Source: an uncultured delta proteobacterium (GTDB lineage Bacteria; Myxococcota_A; Polyangia; Polyangiales; Polyangiaceae). Taken from it: 64,000 nucleotides of DNA. Below, piece by piece: positions 47,865 to 60,538 of the stretch (its first letter is position 1; the number at the start of each line of letters is the position of its first letter). A program made the translations under genes and the position numbers. Where the stretch lies: NCBI GenBank assembly GCA_963806225.1, contig CAWDXG010000004.1, positions 5,504,001 through 5,568,000 on the forward strand, read 5' to 3'. The notes beneath the pieces were generated by a model that saw only the letters and a program-made list of their open reading frames with translations, was not told the origin of the DNA and ran no database searches.

Positions 47865-50800
47865 TCAGTTGGTCGGCGACGCCGCAGGCGTCGTCGATGC
47901 GTTCAGCTGGAACTGGTAGGCAACCGACCAGTTTCCGGGCGGGTCCGGCCACACCTGGTCGTAGCCGGTCGCTCCCGCGTTCTGCAGACCACCGGCCATA
48001 TACAGCACGGTCGGGCTCCCGATGTCGCTACGAGCGATCGAGAACTCGGCGTAGGTGCTGCCGCCGCCGGTGTAGCCGACGTTCACCGTGACGGTGGCGT
48101 CGTCCTGCCAGCTCCCCGGGCTACCCGGGATCCACTTCCTGACAGTCGCTGTCGAGGACGTGTTCTTCCACACCAGGTGGTAGAGCGCGTTGTGCGGCAG
48201 CGTCGGCATGCCCGCGCCGTCCGGCGTGGTGGTGCCAGAAGAGCCGTCGCCGAAGTAGGCGTCGACCGTCTGGCCCGAGCCGAACGTAAACCCGTCGTAG
48301 CCCAGGTAGAGGTTGTTCGCGTCCCACGAGACGTAGGCCGTGCCTCCAGTGCTGGTCGCGAGCGCTTCCTTCGATGCGTTGAAGTCGTTCGCGCCGTCGA
48401 TGTTGATGGTGTCGGTGAACGGGTTGAAGGTGTACTGCTTCTGGATCGTGGACCAGACCATGCCCGTCTTGCACGCGACGACCGAGACGCTGTCCGTCGC
48501 GTTCAGGCTGGCGACCGGCTTGTTGCCACCCGTGCCGTACGCCGTGCAGGTCCAGCCGGCCCCGAGGTAGCTCTGCAGGGCCGATGCGCCGCAGAAGTTC
48601 GGTTGCGGCGGGATGCTCACCGAACCCGTTGCGTGGCACAGGGTGTACCCCCCGAAATTCGTCGGGGCTGGAGTCACCTTTGCGGTCACGCTTTGCGGCG
48701 AGTTGTAGGTTGCCGAAGGATCGGGCGAGAGAGTGATCGGTCCGACCTGCAGCGTGTACGTCTTGCTCGACGTAGCGGATGCCGGAAGGCCGTCGTTGCT
48801 ACACGCGACCATCTTCACGGTGGCTGATTGCGTGATAAGCGCATTGCAAGTGCCCGAGCCACAGGTGGCCGTTTGCGAGCCGAATCCACAGCCGGACGCC
48901 GTACAGGTTGGCGTCGTCCCGTCCAACGTGTAGCAGAAGAAGTCCGTATCGGGGTTGATGGTGTTGCTCGGCGAATTTTCGACCGTACTGACGACGTAGT
49001 CGTTGTACGTACCAGTCGCCGGCAGCAGGTTTGGCGTCTGGATGAAGTACGAGTACGTCCACGTGGCCACGTCCGACGGGGTCATGCCTGCGGAGCACGC
49101 GATGACCTTGATGGTGGTCTTCTGGGGGTCGACCATGTGGTACGAGGCGCCCGCTGTACCGCTGCTGCCGAGGCAGTTCGGCGTCGAGCCGTCCGTCGTG
49201 TAGTAGAACGTTACCGAGGCCTTGGTGGTCGCGCTCTTCCACCCAATGCTGGACCCGATCGGCACCGAGCCAGGCGCCGGAGACGCACTGGTAAGGGTCG
49301 GCGTGGCGACCTTCAGCGTGTACGAGACCGATGCCGTCGTGGAAGGCGTCTTGGCACTCCCAACGTCACACGCAATGGCCTTGACCGTCACGCCCGTGGC
49401 CTTGACCAGGTTGGTGAGCTTGACCGTGTTGCTGGGCGGGGTCCCGGTACCGGGTGCGGCAGCCACCGGCGCGGTGCACGTGCCTGTGCAACTGGGCGTC
49501 GAGCCGTTGGTCGTGTAGCAGATCTTGCCCGCTTCCATCGTGTCGTTGTTGGTGAAGGTCACCGTGACCCAGTCGTTCTGCGCGCTGGCGGTCGGAGCGA
49601 TGTCCGGCTGCGCCATGGCACTCGCCGTCGGATAGGTCGCGCTGCCCGACGCGGAGTCGAGATCCCCGCTGCTGTCGCAGGCCACCGCACTGACCGTGGT
49701 GTTGGCGTTCGCGATGATGCCGCTCACGGAATTGCCGGTGACCTTGGTGAGGCCCGTGCCCGTGCAGGTGCAGTCGGGAACAGCGGAGGTCTTCGACCAG
49801 CAGATGAAGCTGTAGGCCTGGCCCGAGCCGTTCTGGCTGATGCCGACGGTCTGCGTGCCGCTTCCGGCGTTGACCGGCGTGCCGGTGGGCGGCGTGAACT
49901 TCAGCGGGTCGAGCGCCAGCGTGAAGGCGTTGCTCGTCGACACGTCCGAATCCACGAAGCCGGTACCACAGGCGATGCTCTTCAATACGGTTCCGCTCTT
50001 GGTAACCGTGACGTTGCCCATGGCTCCGGTGCTGCAGGCGCTCGCGCTACAGGCGGGCGTGCTGCCATCCTTCGTCGTGCAGGTCCACGCTCCGGTGCCC
50101 GCGTTGGCACCGTTGCCGATGGTGACGGCCTTCGCCGCGTCGAAGGTGCCGCCGTTCGCGCCGAACGTTGGGGCCACCAGCTTCCACGAGTAGTCCGCCG
50201 TGTAGACGTCCGAGCCCTTGTAGCCTGGCTTGCAGGCGGCGAAGTAGACCGTCTGGGCGCCGTTCGTCGAGTCGATGCCCCAGTTCTTCGGCAGATTGCC
50301 CACCAGGTTGCCCGTCGTGCACGACGGCATGTTGGAGGAGCTGGTCGAATAGTTGGCCGTCACGGCGCCGGTTGTGGCCGAGGTCAAGAGCGGGTTGATG
50401 GTCTTGTTGGCCTTGTCGTAGTCGTACTGCCCGGGTGGTGGGCCGCCGAGGGCCGGGGTTGCCACCTGGAGTGTGTACTGCTGGGTCGTAACGGTGCTGT
50501 CGTTGTCGCCGGCCTTGCAGGCAATCGCGGTCACCGTGACCTGCCCCGTGTTGGGATTCGTCACGTTGCCGTTGATCGGGATCTGCGTCTGACCGTTGTA
50601 GGTCTGCGCCGAGCCCTGGCAGGTGCCGTTGCTGCAGGTTGGCGTCGAGCCATCCAGCGTGAAGCAGATGGTCGCGCCCGACGTGTTCGACGTGAGCGAG
50701 AGCAGGAAGTCGTTGTTCTGCGTTCCTGCAGTTGGGTTGGCCGTCGGGGCCTCGGCCGTGCCCGGCGGAATGTTGATCGTGTACGTCGCAACTCCGACCG

Positions 50801-51401
50801 CCGAGTCCGTAAACTGCGGTAGCGCGTTGCACATCGCGCGGATCGTCGTGTCCTGCGTCACCGCGATCGGTGCGCTGTACACCTTGCTGCTGGTGGTCGG
50901 GTTGGTCCCGTCCGTCGTGTAGTAGATGGTCGCGCCGCTGGTGGTCGTGCTGATCGTCACGTTCTGGGCACTGGTGTACGTGCCCGCTGCAGGGGCGAAC
51001 GTCGGCGTCGCACAGGGGTTGTTCACCGTACCTCCGGTGCCGCCCATGCCGCCGGTGCCAGCCGTGCCGCCGGTGCCAGCCGTGCCGCCTACGCCGCCGG
51101 TGCCAGCCGTGCCGCCGGTGCCCGCGGTGCCGCCGGTGCCCGCGGTGCCGCCGGTGCCTGCGCCGCCGTCGGTGCCCGCGCCGCCGCCGAAGCCTGCGCC
51201 GCCGCCGAAGCCTGCGCCGCCGCCGAAGCCTGCGCCGCCGCCGAAGCCTGCCGAACCGCCCGTGCCGGCTCCGCCTTCCGTCGAGCCGCCGGTCCCACCG
51301 GGGCTGCTGCTGTTACCGCTACCGCAGCCGATAGCGCCTCCCAAAGCAAGTGCGGCTGCCAACAACAGCGTGTGGCCAGCCTTCATTCGTCCAGGTTTCA
51401 T
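47865..51401 (-). CDS. Large surface lipoprotein with about 9 tandem chitobiase-C/Fn3-associated-like repeats
   Basis: SD GGAGG; lipobox AIGC; Gly-rich linker; repeats YYTTDGTNP, CFTLDGSTPTC, CTTKDGSTPAC, CYTTNGSTPSC, YYTTDGSTPNC, CYTLDGTTPTC; C-terminal INIDG...VSWDANNLYLG (CBM9/DOMON-like). Confidence 0.85.
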   Translation of the reverse strand: MKPGRMKAGHTLLLAAALALGGAIGCGSGNSSSPGGTGGSTEGGAGTGGSAGFGGGAGFGGGAGFGGGAGFGGGAGTDGGAGTGGTAGTGGTAGTGGTAGTGGVGGTAGTGGTAGTGGMGGTGGTVNNPCATPTFAPAAGTYTSAQNVTISTTTSGATIYYTTDGTNPTTSSKVYSAPIAVTQDTTIRAMCNALPQFTDSAVGVATYTINIPPGTAEAPTANPTAGTQNNDFLLSLTSNTSGATICFTLDGSTPTCSNGTCQGSAQTYNGQTQIPINGNVTNPNTGQVTVTAIACKAGDNDSTVTTQQYTLQVATPALGGPPPGQYDYDKANKTINPLLTSATTGAVTANYSTSSSNMPSCTTGNLVGNLPKNWGIDSTNGAQTVYFAACKPGYKGSDVYTADYSWKLVAPTFGANGGTFDAAKAVTIGNGANAGTGAWTCTTKDGSTPACSASACSTGAMGNVTVTKSGTVLKSIACGTGFVDSDVSTSNAFTLALDPLKFTPPTGTPVNAGSGTQTVGISQNGSGQAYSFICWSKTSAVPDCTCTGTGLTKVTGNSVSGIIANANTTVSAVACDSSGDLDSASGSATYPTASAMAQPDIAPTASAQNDWVTVTFTNNDTMEAGKICYTTNGSTPSCTGTCTAPVAAAPGTGTPPSNTVKLTNLVKATGVTVKAIACDVGSAKTPSTTASVSYTLKVATPTLTSASPAPGSVPIGSSIGWKSATTKASVTFYYTTDGSTPNCLGSSGTAGASYHMVDPQKTTIKVIACSAGMTPSDVATWTYSYFIQTPNLLPATGTYNDYVVSTVENSPSNTINPDTDFFCYTLDGTTPTCTASGCGFGSQTATCGSGTCNALITQSATVKMVACSNDGLPASATSSKTYTLQVGPITLSPDPSATYNSPQSVTAKVTPAPTNFGGYTLCHATGSVSIPPQPNFCGASALQSYLGAGWTCTAYGTGGNKPVASLNATDSVSVVACKTGMVWSTIQKQYTFNPFTDTINIDGANDFNASKEALATSTGGTAYVSWDANNLYLGYDGFTFGSGQTVDAYFGDGSSGTTTPDGAGMPTLPHNALYHLVWKNTSSTATVRKWIPGSPGSWQDDATVTVNVGYTGGGSTYAEFSIARSDIGSPTVLYMAGGLQNAGATGYDQVWPDPPGNWSVAYQFQLNASTTPAASPTN
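51180..51251. repeat. Four exact 18-bp tandem repeats GCCGCCGCCGAAGCCTGC (coding AGFGGG)
   Basis: Counted directly; adjacent to imperfect 18-bp AGTGGT repeats at about 51033-51160. Confidence 0.9.
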
Positions 51402-51475
51402 CCGTCCCTCCTGATCGTGCCGTGACAAGCACTAGTTCCGGTCCAGTCGAGCCTCATACACTCCTGGCGCGGTCG

Positions 51476-51601
51476 TGCATAGTGCAAACCAACATGATCT
51501 TGTGTTGTTGTTCCTTCGAGCGTGATGAAAATCAACGATGTTGAACAGGCAACACTAGAGTTGCGCAACCGCTGCACAACTTGCCCGCCAGGTTGCGCAG
51601 C
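51476..51601 (-). promoter_or_regulatory. Candidate sigma54 promoter with upstream palindromic enhancer-like sites
   Basis: Minus strand TGGTTTGCACTATGCA (GG-N10-GC, 51476-51491); GTTGCGCAAC-like boxes at 51560, 51571 and 51592. Confidence 0.45.
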
Positions 51602-51998
51602 ACGTGCGCGGCACCCGCCGCATTTCGGTTTTCCCCTATCTTTACCGCTCGATGTGAGCGGGCCTGTCGTCTAGGGGATTCCACCTAGGTGACCCGCCAG
51701 GCCGGCTTGGCTCGTTCGGCGAGAGGCAGCGTCGAGGCAAGACGAACCGTCGAGATTGTAAGTCAGGAATTGAAGTAAGGACTATGCCATGTGGAATAGT
51801 ACTCGACTCGGTAGAGCTGGCCGACTGCGCGGACGATGCGCGCTCGGGCCGTCAGGCGGGAGCGGCTCGGTCGTCGGTGCTGGCGAGCGCGGGCGCCCTT
51901 CGGCGCCGACATGGCGATGAGCGCGCTCGCGCCGCTTCGCGCCGGGAACGCTGCCTGTCTCTACTGCTTGCTCAGCCCGCCGGACGAGGACGTGGAAA

Positions 51999-52496
51999 TC
52001 AGGGCTTCGCTGCGTTCGCGGGGGGCGCCGTCTGCCGGCCGTTCCAGCTCCACACGAGTACAACGACCCCCAACGTGACCGCGATGTCGGCGACGTTGAA
52101 GATCGGCCAGTACTCGACGTGGATGAAATCGATGACGTGACCGGTGAAGAGCCGGTCGACCATGTTACCCAGGCCGCCTCCAACGACCAGCGCGCCGCCT
52201 AGCCGCGCCATCGGCTGGAGCTCCTTCCAACGCCGCGCGATGAATACGAGCGCGCCGAGCGTCACCGTGGACGCGAGCACACTGAGAAGGAGCCAGCGCA
52301 CGTGTGGCGACAGCGTGTCACCCAGCAGGCTGAAGGCCGTGTCCGTGTTGTGCGCGACCCTGAGCTCGAGCACGTGGGGCCAGACGCCGAGCGCCCGGGT
52401 CCGGAGCTCGGTTGCGGCGAGCCGCTTCGTGGCGTGGTCGCAACCCGTGACCCCCGCCATCAGCGATACAAACGCCACCCAGCCGAAGCGATTCAT
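51999..52496 (-). CDS. lspA: Lipoprotein signal peptidase II
   Basis: DHATK, NTDTAFS, GGGLGNMVDR, VIDFI, WPIFNVAD motifs. Confidence 0.92.
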   Translation of the reverse strand: MNRFGWVAFVSLMAGVTGCDHATKRLAATELRTRALGVWPHVLELRVAHNTDTAFSLLGDTLSPHVRWLLLSVLASTVTLGALVFIARRWKELQPMARLGGALVVGGGLGNMVDRLFTGHVIDFIHVEYWPIFNVADIAVTLGVVVLVWSWNGRQTAPPANAAKP

Positions 52497-52607
52497 GAAG
52501 CGGCAACCTGCCGGCAATGCCGGATATTCCGATCCTGGGCGCGACGAGGGATGGCTCGTCGCACCATGAACGCCGCGGGGGCGAGCGTCCTTGTTGCGCG
52601 AGGTTGC

Positions 52608-54356
52608 TCAGGGACAGCGCACCGGCCGCGCGCTTGGCAACGCCAGCCGCCGATGCGCCGCATCGTACAGCGACTTGCCGCCGTCGATGGTGCCGTGCTT
52701 GTGCAGCATGCGCGCGAGCGCGTCGCGCACGGTGACGCCGAGGTCGGCGTGCACGTCGGCCGGCGAAAGCTCCAGGCCCGTGAACAGATCGTCGCCGCCG
52801 GTCACGAGGTAGTCGCTCGTGGCCACTGTGAGCTTCGCGCTGTCCCGGATCAGACGGCCGTCGGGGCGACGCAGCTCGACGGACACGCCCTTCGGCGTGC
52901 AGCGCGCGATGACGCGCATGCCCGCTACGCTCACTATGCCGTGCGCGCCGCTCTCGAGGTGGCGCGTGAGCACCTGGCGCAGCTCGGCACCGGTCATGCG
53001 CAGCGTTGCCAGCCGGTTGTCGAACGGCATCGCCTCGAACAGCTCGCCATAGGTGAGCTTTCCCGCGGGCAGATCGGCGCGCAGGCTGCCGCCGTTGGTG
53101 ATGCCCACGTCGGCGCCGGGTGCGGCCTCTCGCATCAGCTCGGCGAACAGATTGCCCAACGGCGATTCGACCTTGTTGGCGCGCGGGATCGCCTGGCGTA
53201 AGAGCACGCCCACGAGCTCGGCGCGCTTGTGGGCAGCGCGATCGAGCGCGGGTTGAATGATGCGGGCGATGCGCGCGTCGGGGCGCACCGGGTTGCCGGC
53301 GTAGTTGCCGGGGTCGCAGTGCTCGGCGGACTTGAAATCCGAGCACACCTGGTGCGGCGGAAAGACGTGCAGCCCGAGTCGCCGGTGCGTGCGTCGGTTG
53401 AAGCGCACGTCGATGCGTGAGAACGCCTTGCCGTAGGCGTACGACTCCACGATCGCGATGCCGTTCACGTACCCGGCGACGCCCTTGTGCGTGTGCCCCG
53501 CCACGATCACGTCCACCAGTCCGCGCGGCAGCTTGCGGGCGACCTTGAAGATCTCCTCGTTCGGCTTGCAGCTCGCGAGGTTGTGCGGATGCTTCACGTC
53601 CGCGCAGTTGCCGCCAGCGTGGGCGAGCACCACCACGAGCTTCGCGCCCTCGGCGCGGAGCTTTCTGGCACGCGGGATGATGCTGGCCGCCAGCGGACGC
53701 ACCGCGAGCCCCTTGAAGTAGGCGGGCATTACGATATGCGGCGTCTCGCGCGTCAGCACGCCGACCAGGCCGATGCGCACACCCGCGACGCGGACCATCA
53801 CGGACGGCTGGAGCCCGCGCCAAGGCGGCATCTTGCGGGTCTTCTTCTCGATCAGATTGGCGCTCAGCACCGGGAAGCGCGCCTGGGCGATGCGCGCCTC
53901 GATAGCTCCGAACGGATTCTTCGCCTGGGCGGCGACCTGGCCAGGGGGCTCCGTGCCGGCGGGGCCGAAGTCGAACTCGTGGTTGCCGAGCGCGGCTGCG
54001 GCGTAGCCGAGCGCGTTGTAGCCGCGCACGACCGGTGCGCCCTCGGCCAGGTTCGAGGCCAGCGTGCCCTGGAACATGTCGCCGGCATCCACGAGCAGCA
54101 CGCCGCCGTTCGCGCGGCGCGCGCGCCTGAGGTTGTCGACGAACCCGGCCAGAACCGGCAGCCGGCGCAGATAGCCGTGGAAGTCGTTCGTCCCGACGAT
54201 GGACACTACTATCGGCTTGGGGCGTGCCGGCGGCCGGGCGGGGCGCGCTGCTGCACGCGCCGGAGGTGCGGCGGGAGCGGCAACCTGTTCGATGCGACAC
54301 CCGCTGCCGAAAGCGAGCGTTGCCAGTGCGGTGATCCACAGAGGTCGGAGGGTCAT
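52608..54356 (-). CDS. 5'-nucleotidase / metallophosphoesterase lipoprotein
   Basis: Lipobox FGSGC; TNDFHG, DAGD, GNHEFD, GHTH, NGGSLR, PFDN, GGD motifs. Confidence 0.92.
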   Translation of the reverse strand: MTLRPLWITALATLAFGSGCRIEQVAAPAAPPARAAARPARPPARPKPIVVSIVGTNDFHGYLRRLPVLAGFVDNLRRARRANGGVLLVDAGDMFQGTLASNLAEGAPVVRGYNALGYAAAALGNHEFDFGPAGTEPPGQVAAQAKNPFGAIEARIAQARFPVLSANLIEKKTRKMPPWRGLQPSVMVRVAGVRIGLVGVLTRETPHIVMPAYFKGLAVRPLAASIIPRARKLRAEGAKLVVVLAHAGGNCADVKHPHNLASCKPNEEIFKVARKLPRGLVDVIVAGHTHKGVAGYVNGIAIVESYAYGKAFSRIDVRFNRRTHRRLGLHVFPPHQVCSDFKSAEHCDPGNYAGNPVRPDARIARIIQPALDRAAHKRAELVGVLLRQAIPRANKVESPLGNLFAELMREAAPGADVGITNGGSLRADLPAGKLTYGELFEAMPFDNRLATLRMTGAELRQVLTRHLESGAHGIVSVAGMRVIARCTPKGVSVELRRPDGRLIRDSAKLTVATSDYLVTGGDDLFTGLELSPADVHADLGVTVRDALARMLHKHGTIDGGKSLYDAAHRRLALPSARPVRCP

Positions 54357-54370
54357 GGTGGGTTCGCGGC

Positions 54371-55228
54371 TCAGCTCGATTCGAGCAGGCCGCGCAGTTG
54401 GGCGGGGTGGACTCGGTATTCGTGCCCGCAGTAGTCGCAGGAGATCTCGAGCACCTCGCCGTCCGACATCAGGTCCTCGATGTCGCTGCGGCGGAGCGTG
54501 GCGAGCGCGGAGATGACCCGCACCTCGTCACACCAGCACTCGAAGCCGACCGTCGTGTGATCGAGCCGTGTGAACGGCATGCCGTGAAGGAGCTGCTCCA
54601 GCAGCCAACCCGGCGAGAAGCTCTCGCTCTCGAGCTGTTCGCGGATGCTCTCGAAGTCGCGCAGTCGTTCGGTCATCACCATCAGCGGCCCGCGCCCCAC
54701 CTCGGGCAGAAGCTGCACCATGTAGCCGCCCGCCGCCACGACCTCGTCGCCGTCCATGACCGTGTCGACCGCCAGCATCGAGTCGACCTGCTCGGATGTC
54801 TGCATGTAGGCCATCAGCGCGCGGGAGATGCCGCCTTCTTCGGGCACCTGGACGAAACCCTGGTTCAGATGCCCGGTCGGCATGCTGCGCATCATCTGCA
54901 GGATGGCGCCCTGGCCCAGATCGAGCTGGTCACGGCCATCCGCGACCTGGATCAGACCCCGCGTGCGCCCCGACGGATGCGAGTCGGCGACGAGGCTGCC
55001 CGAGCCACCGGCGCCGCGCATGATGCCCTGCACCCGGAGCGCCGGGGACATCGTCTCGCGGAACAGCACGGCCCCGGTCAGGAGCTCACCGAAATAGCGC
55101 GCGGTCGTGCCGTGCCCGCCCTGTGCCTTGATGGCGTTCCGGACCGTGCGGGTGGTGTTCGCGGTGATCACGCGGAAGGCGCCGTCATCGGTGATGGCGC
55201 GCAGCACGCTGTCGCTCTGCTCCGTCAT
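54371..55228 (-). CDS. hslO: Hsp33 redox-regulated chaperone
   Basis: YMQTSEQ, AAGGYMVQLLP, zinc motif CWC...CDYC. Confidence 0.9.
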   Translation of the reverse strand: MTEQSDSVLRAITDDGAFRVITANTTRTVRNAIKAQGGHGTTARYFGELLTGAVLFRETMSPALRVQGIMRGAGGSGSLVADSHPSGRTRGLIQVADGRDQLDLGQGAILQMMRSMPTGHLNQGFVQVPEEGGISRALMAYMQTSEQVDSMLAVDTVMDGDEVVAAGGYMVQLLPEVGRGPLMVMTERLRDFESIREQLESESFSPGWLLEQLLHGMPFTRLDHTTVGFECWCDEVRVISALATLRRSDIEDLMSDGEVLEISCDYCGHEYRVHPAQLRGLLESS

Positions 55229-55315
55229 ATCGTCGTGCGTCCGGGTCCGGCCCCGGCTACCCCAAGCGTAACGCGGACCGGGAAATCGGCCAGGGGGCGC
55301 CTCGAGCTGTCGGGC

Positions 55316-55513
55316 TCAGTGCTGGATCGGCTCGTTCTCGCTGACCAGCTCGGCCAGGTCGTCGGAGCCCAGGGGCTCGGAGACGCGGTAGCGCTCGTCC
55401 AGCCAGTTGCCGAGGTCGACCTTCTTGCAGCGTCCCGAGCAGAAGGGCCGGGGCGGGTAGTCCTCCGGCACGTCCGGCAGGACCTTCTTGCAGATGGGGC
55501 AACAGATGCGCAC
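55316..55513 (-). CDS. yacG: DNA gyrase inhibitor YacG
   Basis: CPICKK...PFCSGRCKKVDLGNWLDERY. Confidence 0.92.
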   Translation of the reverse strand: MRICCPICKKVLPDVPEDYPPRPFCSGRCKKVDLGNWLDERYRVSEPLGSDDLAELVSENEPIQH

Positions 55514-55580
55514 GGCGCAGTTCTACATCATCGCCGCCAGGCTCGCATCCGCGCGCGCCCTGTTCTAGCTTCGGGCCCCC

Positions 55581-57673
55581 ATGGCACAGGATCTCCTGCT
55601 CGAGATCGGCGTGGAGGAGCTGCCTGCTTCCTTCGTCGCCGCGGCTGTCCAGGCGCTGCCTGGACTGCTGGAACGTCAGCTCACCGAGCTCCGGCTCGCG
55701 CACGGCGCGGTGCGCGCCGCGGGTACGCCACGGCGACTCGCGGTAATGGCGGACGCGGTCGCCGACAGCCAACCGGACCTCGACGAGCAGGTACAGGGAC
55801 CTCCTGCCCGCGTCGCGTACGACGCGGACGGCAAGCCCACCAAGGCGGCCACTAGCTTCGCGCAGAAGATCGGCTGCCCGGTTGAAGACCTGGTGCGGGT
55901 GGAGACGCCGAAAGGTGAATACGTGGCTGGTCGACGCCAGCAGAAGGGGGCGCCTGCCGCCGAGCTGCTCCCCGCGGCGCTGCAGTCCGTGTGCGAGAAA
56001 ATCCCGTTCAGGAAGTCGATGCGCTGGGGCGATGGCGAAACGGCTTTCGGGCGTCCCGTGCGCTGGCTGGTCGCTCTGTTCGGGGAGCAGGCGTTGTCGC
56101 TGTCGTTTGCCGGGATCAAGGGCGGGCGCAGCTCGCAGGGGCACCGATTCCTGGCCGGCGACCCGCTCGAGCTCGGAAGTCCGTCGAGCTACGTCGAGCA
56201 GCTGCGCGGCGCGCACGTGCTGGTCGACATCGACGAGCGGCGCCGGACGATGGTCGAACGGCTGGTCGACGCGGCGCGTCAGCTCGGCGGCGATCTCGAT
56301 CGAGGATGAGTTCCTGGTGGAAGAGAACAGCTCCCTGGTGGAGGAGCCCCATGTCGTCGTCGGGAGCTTCGACGAGGCCTTCCTCGAGCTGCCCGAGCGC
56401 GTCATCCTCGCGGTGGCCAAGGGCCACCAGCGCTACTTCGGCGTACGGGACGCCGGCGGCAAGCTGATGCCGCGCTACCTGGCTGTCGTGAACACGGCGC
56501 TCGACGCGGACAACGTGCGCCGCGGCAACGACCGGGTGATGCGTGCGCGGCTCGCCGACGCCAAGTTCTTCTACGACGAGGACCGGCGCACTCCGCTCGC
56601 CGACCGTCGCGAGGCGCTCGACGGCGTGGTGTTCCAGAAGCGGCTGGGCAGTGTGGGCGACAAGGTACGTCGCATCGAACGGCTGGTCGGCATCCTGGGT
56701 TCGAAGCTCGATCTCCCGGCTTCCACCATCCAGACCGCGGAGCAGGGCGCGGCGCTCTGCAAGTGCGATCTGGTGACGCTGATGGTGGGCGAGCTGCCGG
56801 AGCTGCAGGGCGAGATGGGGCGCGCCTATGCGCTCGTGCAGGGTGTGCCGGCTGCCGTGGCCGACGTGATCTCCGGGCACTACCAGCCCCGCGGAGCGGA
56901 CGATCCGACCGCTCCAGGGGATGCCGGGGCGCTGGTGGCGCTCGCGGATCGCCTGGATACGCTGGCAGGTTGCTTCGCCATCGGCTTGATGCCGACGGGA
57001 GCTGCCGATCCGCTGGCGCTGCGTCGCGCTGCGATCGGACTCCTCCGCACTCTGCTGGACAGGGGCTGGGATGTGGACCTCTCCAGCGCCGCCCGGGCCG
57101 CGCACGAAGGCTTCGAAGGGGTGAAGCTGGACCTGGACGCGGCTGCGACCGCGGAGCGCCTTTCCGGTTTCTTCCGGGACCGGCTCCGGGGCCTGCTTTC
57201 GGACCAGCTCCCGGCGGACGCCGTGGACGCCTGCCTGGCAGCGGGCGCCGACCGACCGTACGACGTGGTGCTCAGAGCCCGGGCGCTGGGTGCCATCGAC
57301 AGCGAGGTGCGCGCGCTCGGTCGGAGAGGTGTTCAAGCGTGCAGCGAACATCGCCCGGGACGCCCCATCAGGTGACCCGCTGCGGCCGGGGGAGGTCCAG
57401 GCCGAGGTCCACCCCTCCGAGCAGGCGCTGTTCGAGGCCCTGGAGACTCTCGAAAAAGAGCTGGCTGCAAGTGAGGAGCAGCAGGACTACGCTGTCGCTC
57501 TCGGCCGCATCGCCGCATTTGCTCCGGTGCTCGGCCGTTTCTTCGATGACGTGTTCGTCATGGTGGACGACACCGCGCTGCGCGAAAATCGCCTGCGGCT
57601 CATGCGGCGTATCCACCAGAGGTGCTCCAGCCTCGCGGACTTCAATCTCCTGGCGAAACGAAGCGACGCGTAG
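55581..57673 (+). CDS. glyS: Glycine-tRNA ligase beta subunit (two apparent +1 frameshifts near 56297 and 57316)
   Basis: LLEIGVEELP, TPRRLA, KSMRWG, HQRYF, ARLADAKFF, ELQGEMG, HYQP, DPLALRRAA, FFDDVFVM, RENRL across ORFs 55581, 55882 and 57290. Confidence 0.93.
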
Positions 57674-57712
57674 CAGCTGCACGCCGCGTGACCAACCAGA
57701 CGGAAATTCCCC

Positions 57713-60433
<2,721 letters not shown>

Positions 60434-60485
60434 CGCCCAGCGGCGGGCGGCCGGCGGGGCACCGGGGCCGGGAGCGCTGCCCCTC

Positions 60486-60525
60486 CCGAGGGGGCGAGGG
60501 CTCTCGCGAACCCCCCCGGTTTGTT
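60486..60525 (+). terminator. Possible intrinsic terminator after ppdK
   Basis: GGGGGCGAG-GGCT-CTCGC..CCCCCC imperfect stem followed by GGTTTGTT. Confidence 0.4.
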
Positions 60526-60538
60526 GTATGCTTTCTCC

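Noticed and set aside
51465..51480. Plus-strand sigma54 promoter TGGCGCGGTCGTGCA
   Set aside because: GG-to-GC spacing is 9 nt rather than the required 10.
51782..52183. ORFs 51784..52140 (+) and 51782..52183 (-)
   Set aside because: They overlap lspA, have no motifs and show atypical codon pattern; a small gene in 51610-51998 cannot be fully excluded.
55581..57673. glyS (also thiC, rseP) as pseudogenes or programmed frameshifts
   Set aside because: Motifs are intact, there are no in-frame stops after repair, no shared slippery site is visible, and glyS is essential; sequencing error is more parsimonious.
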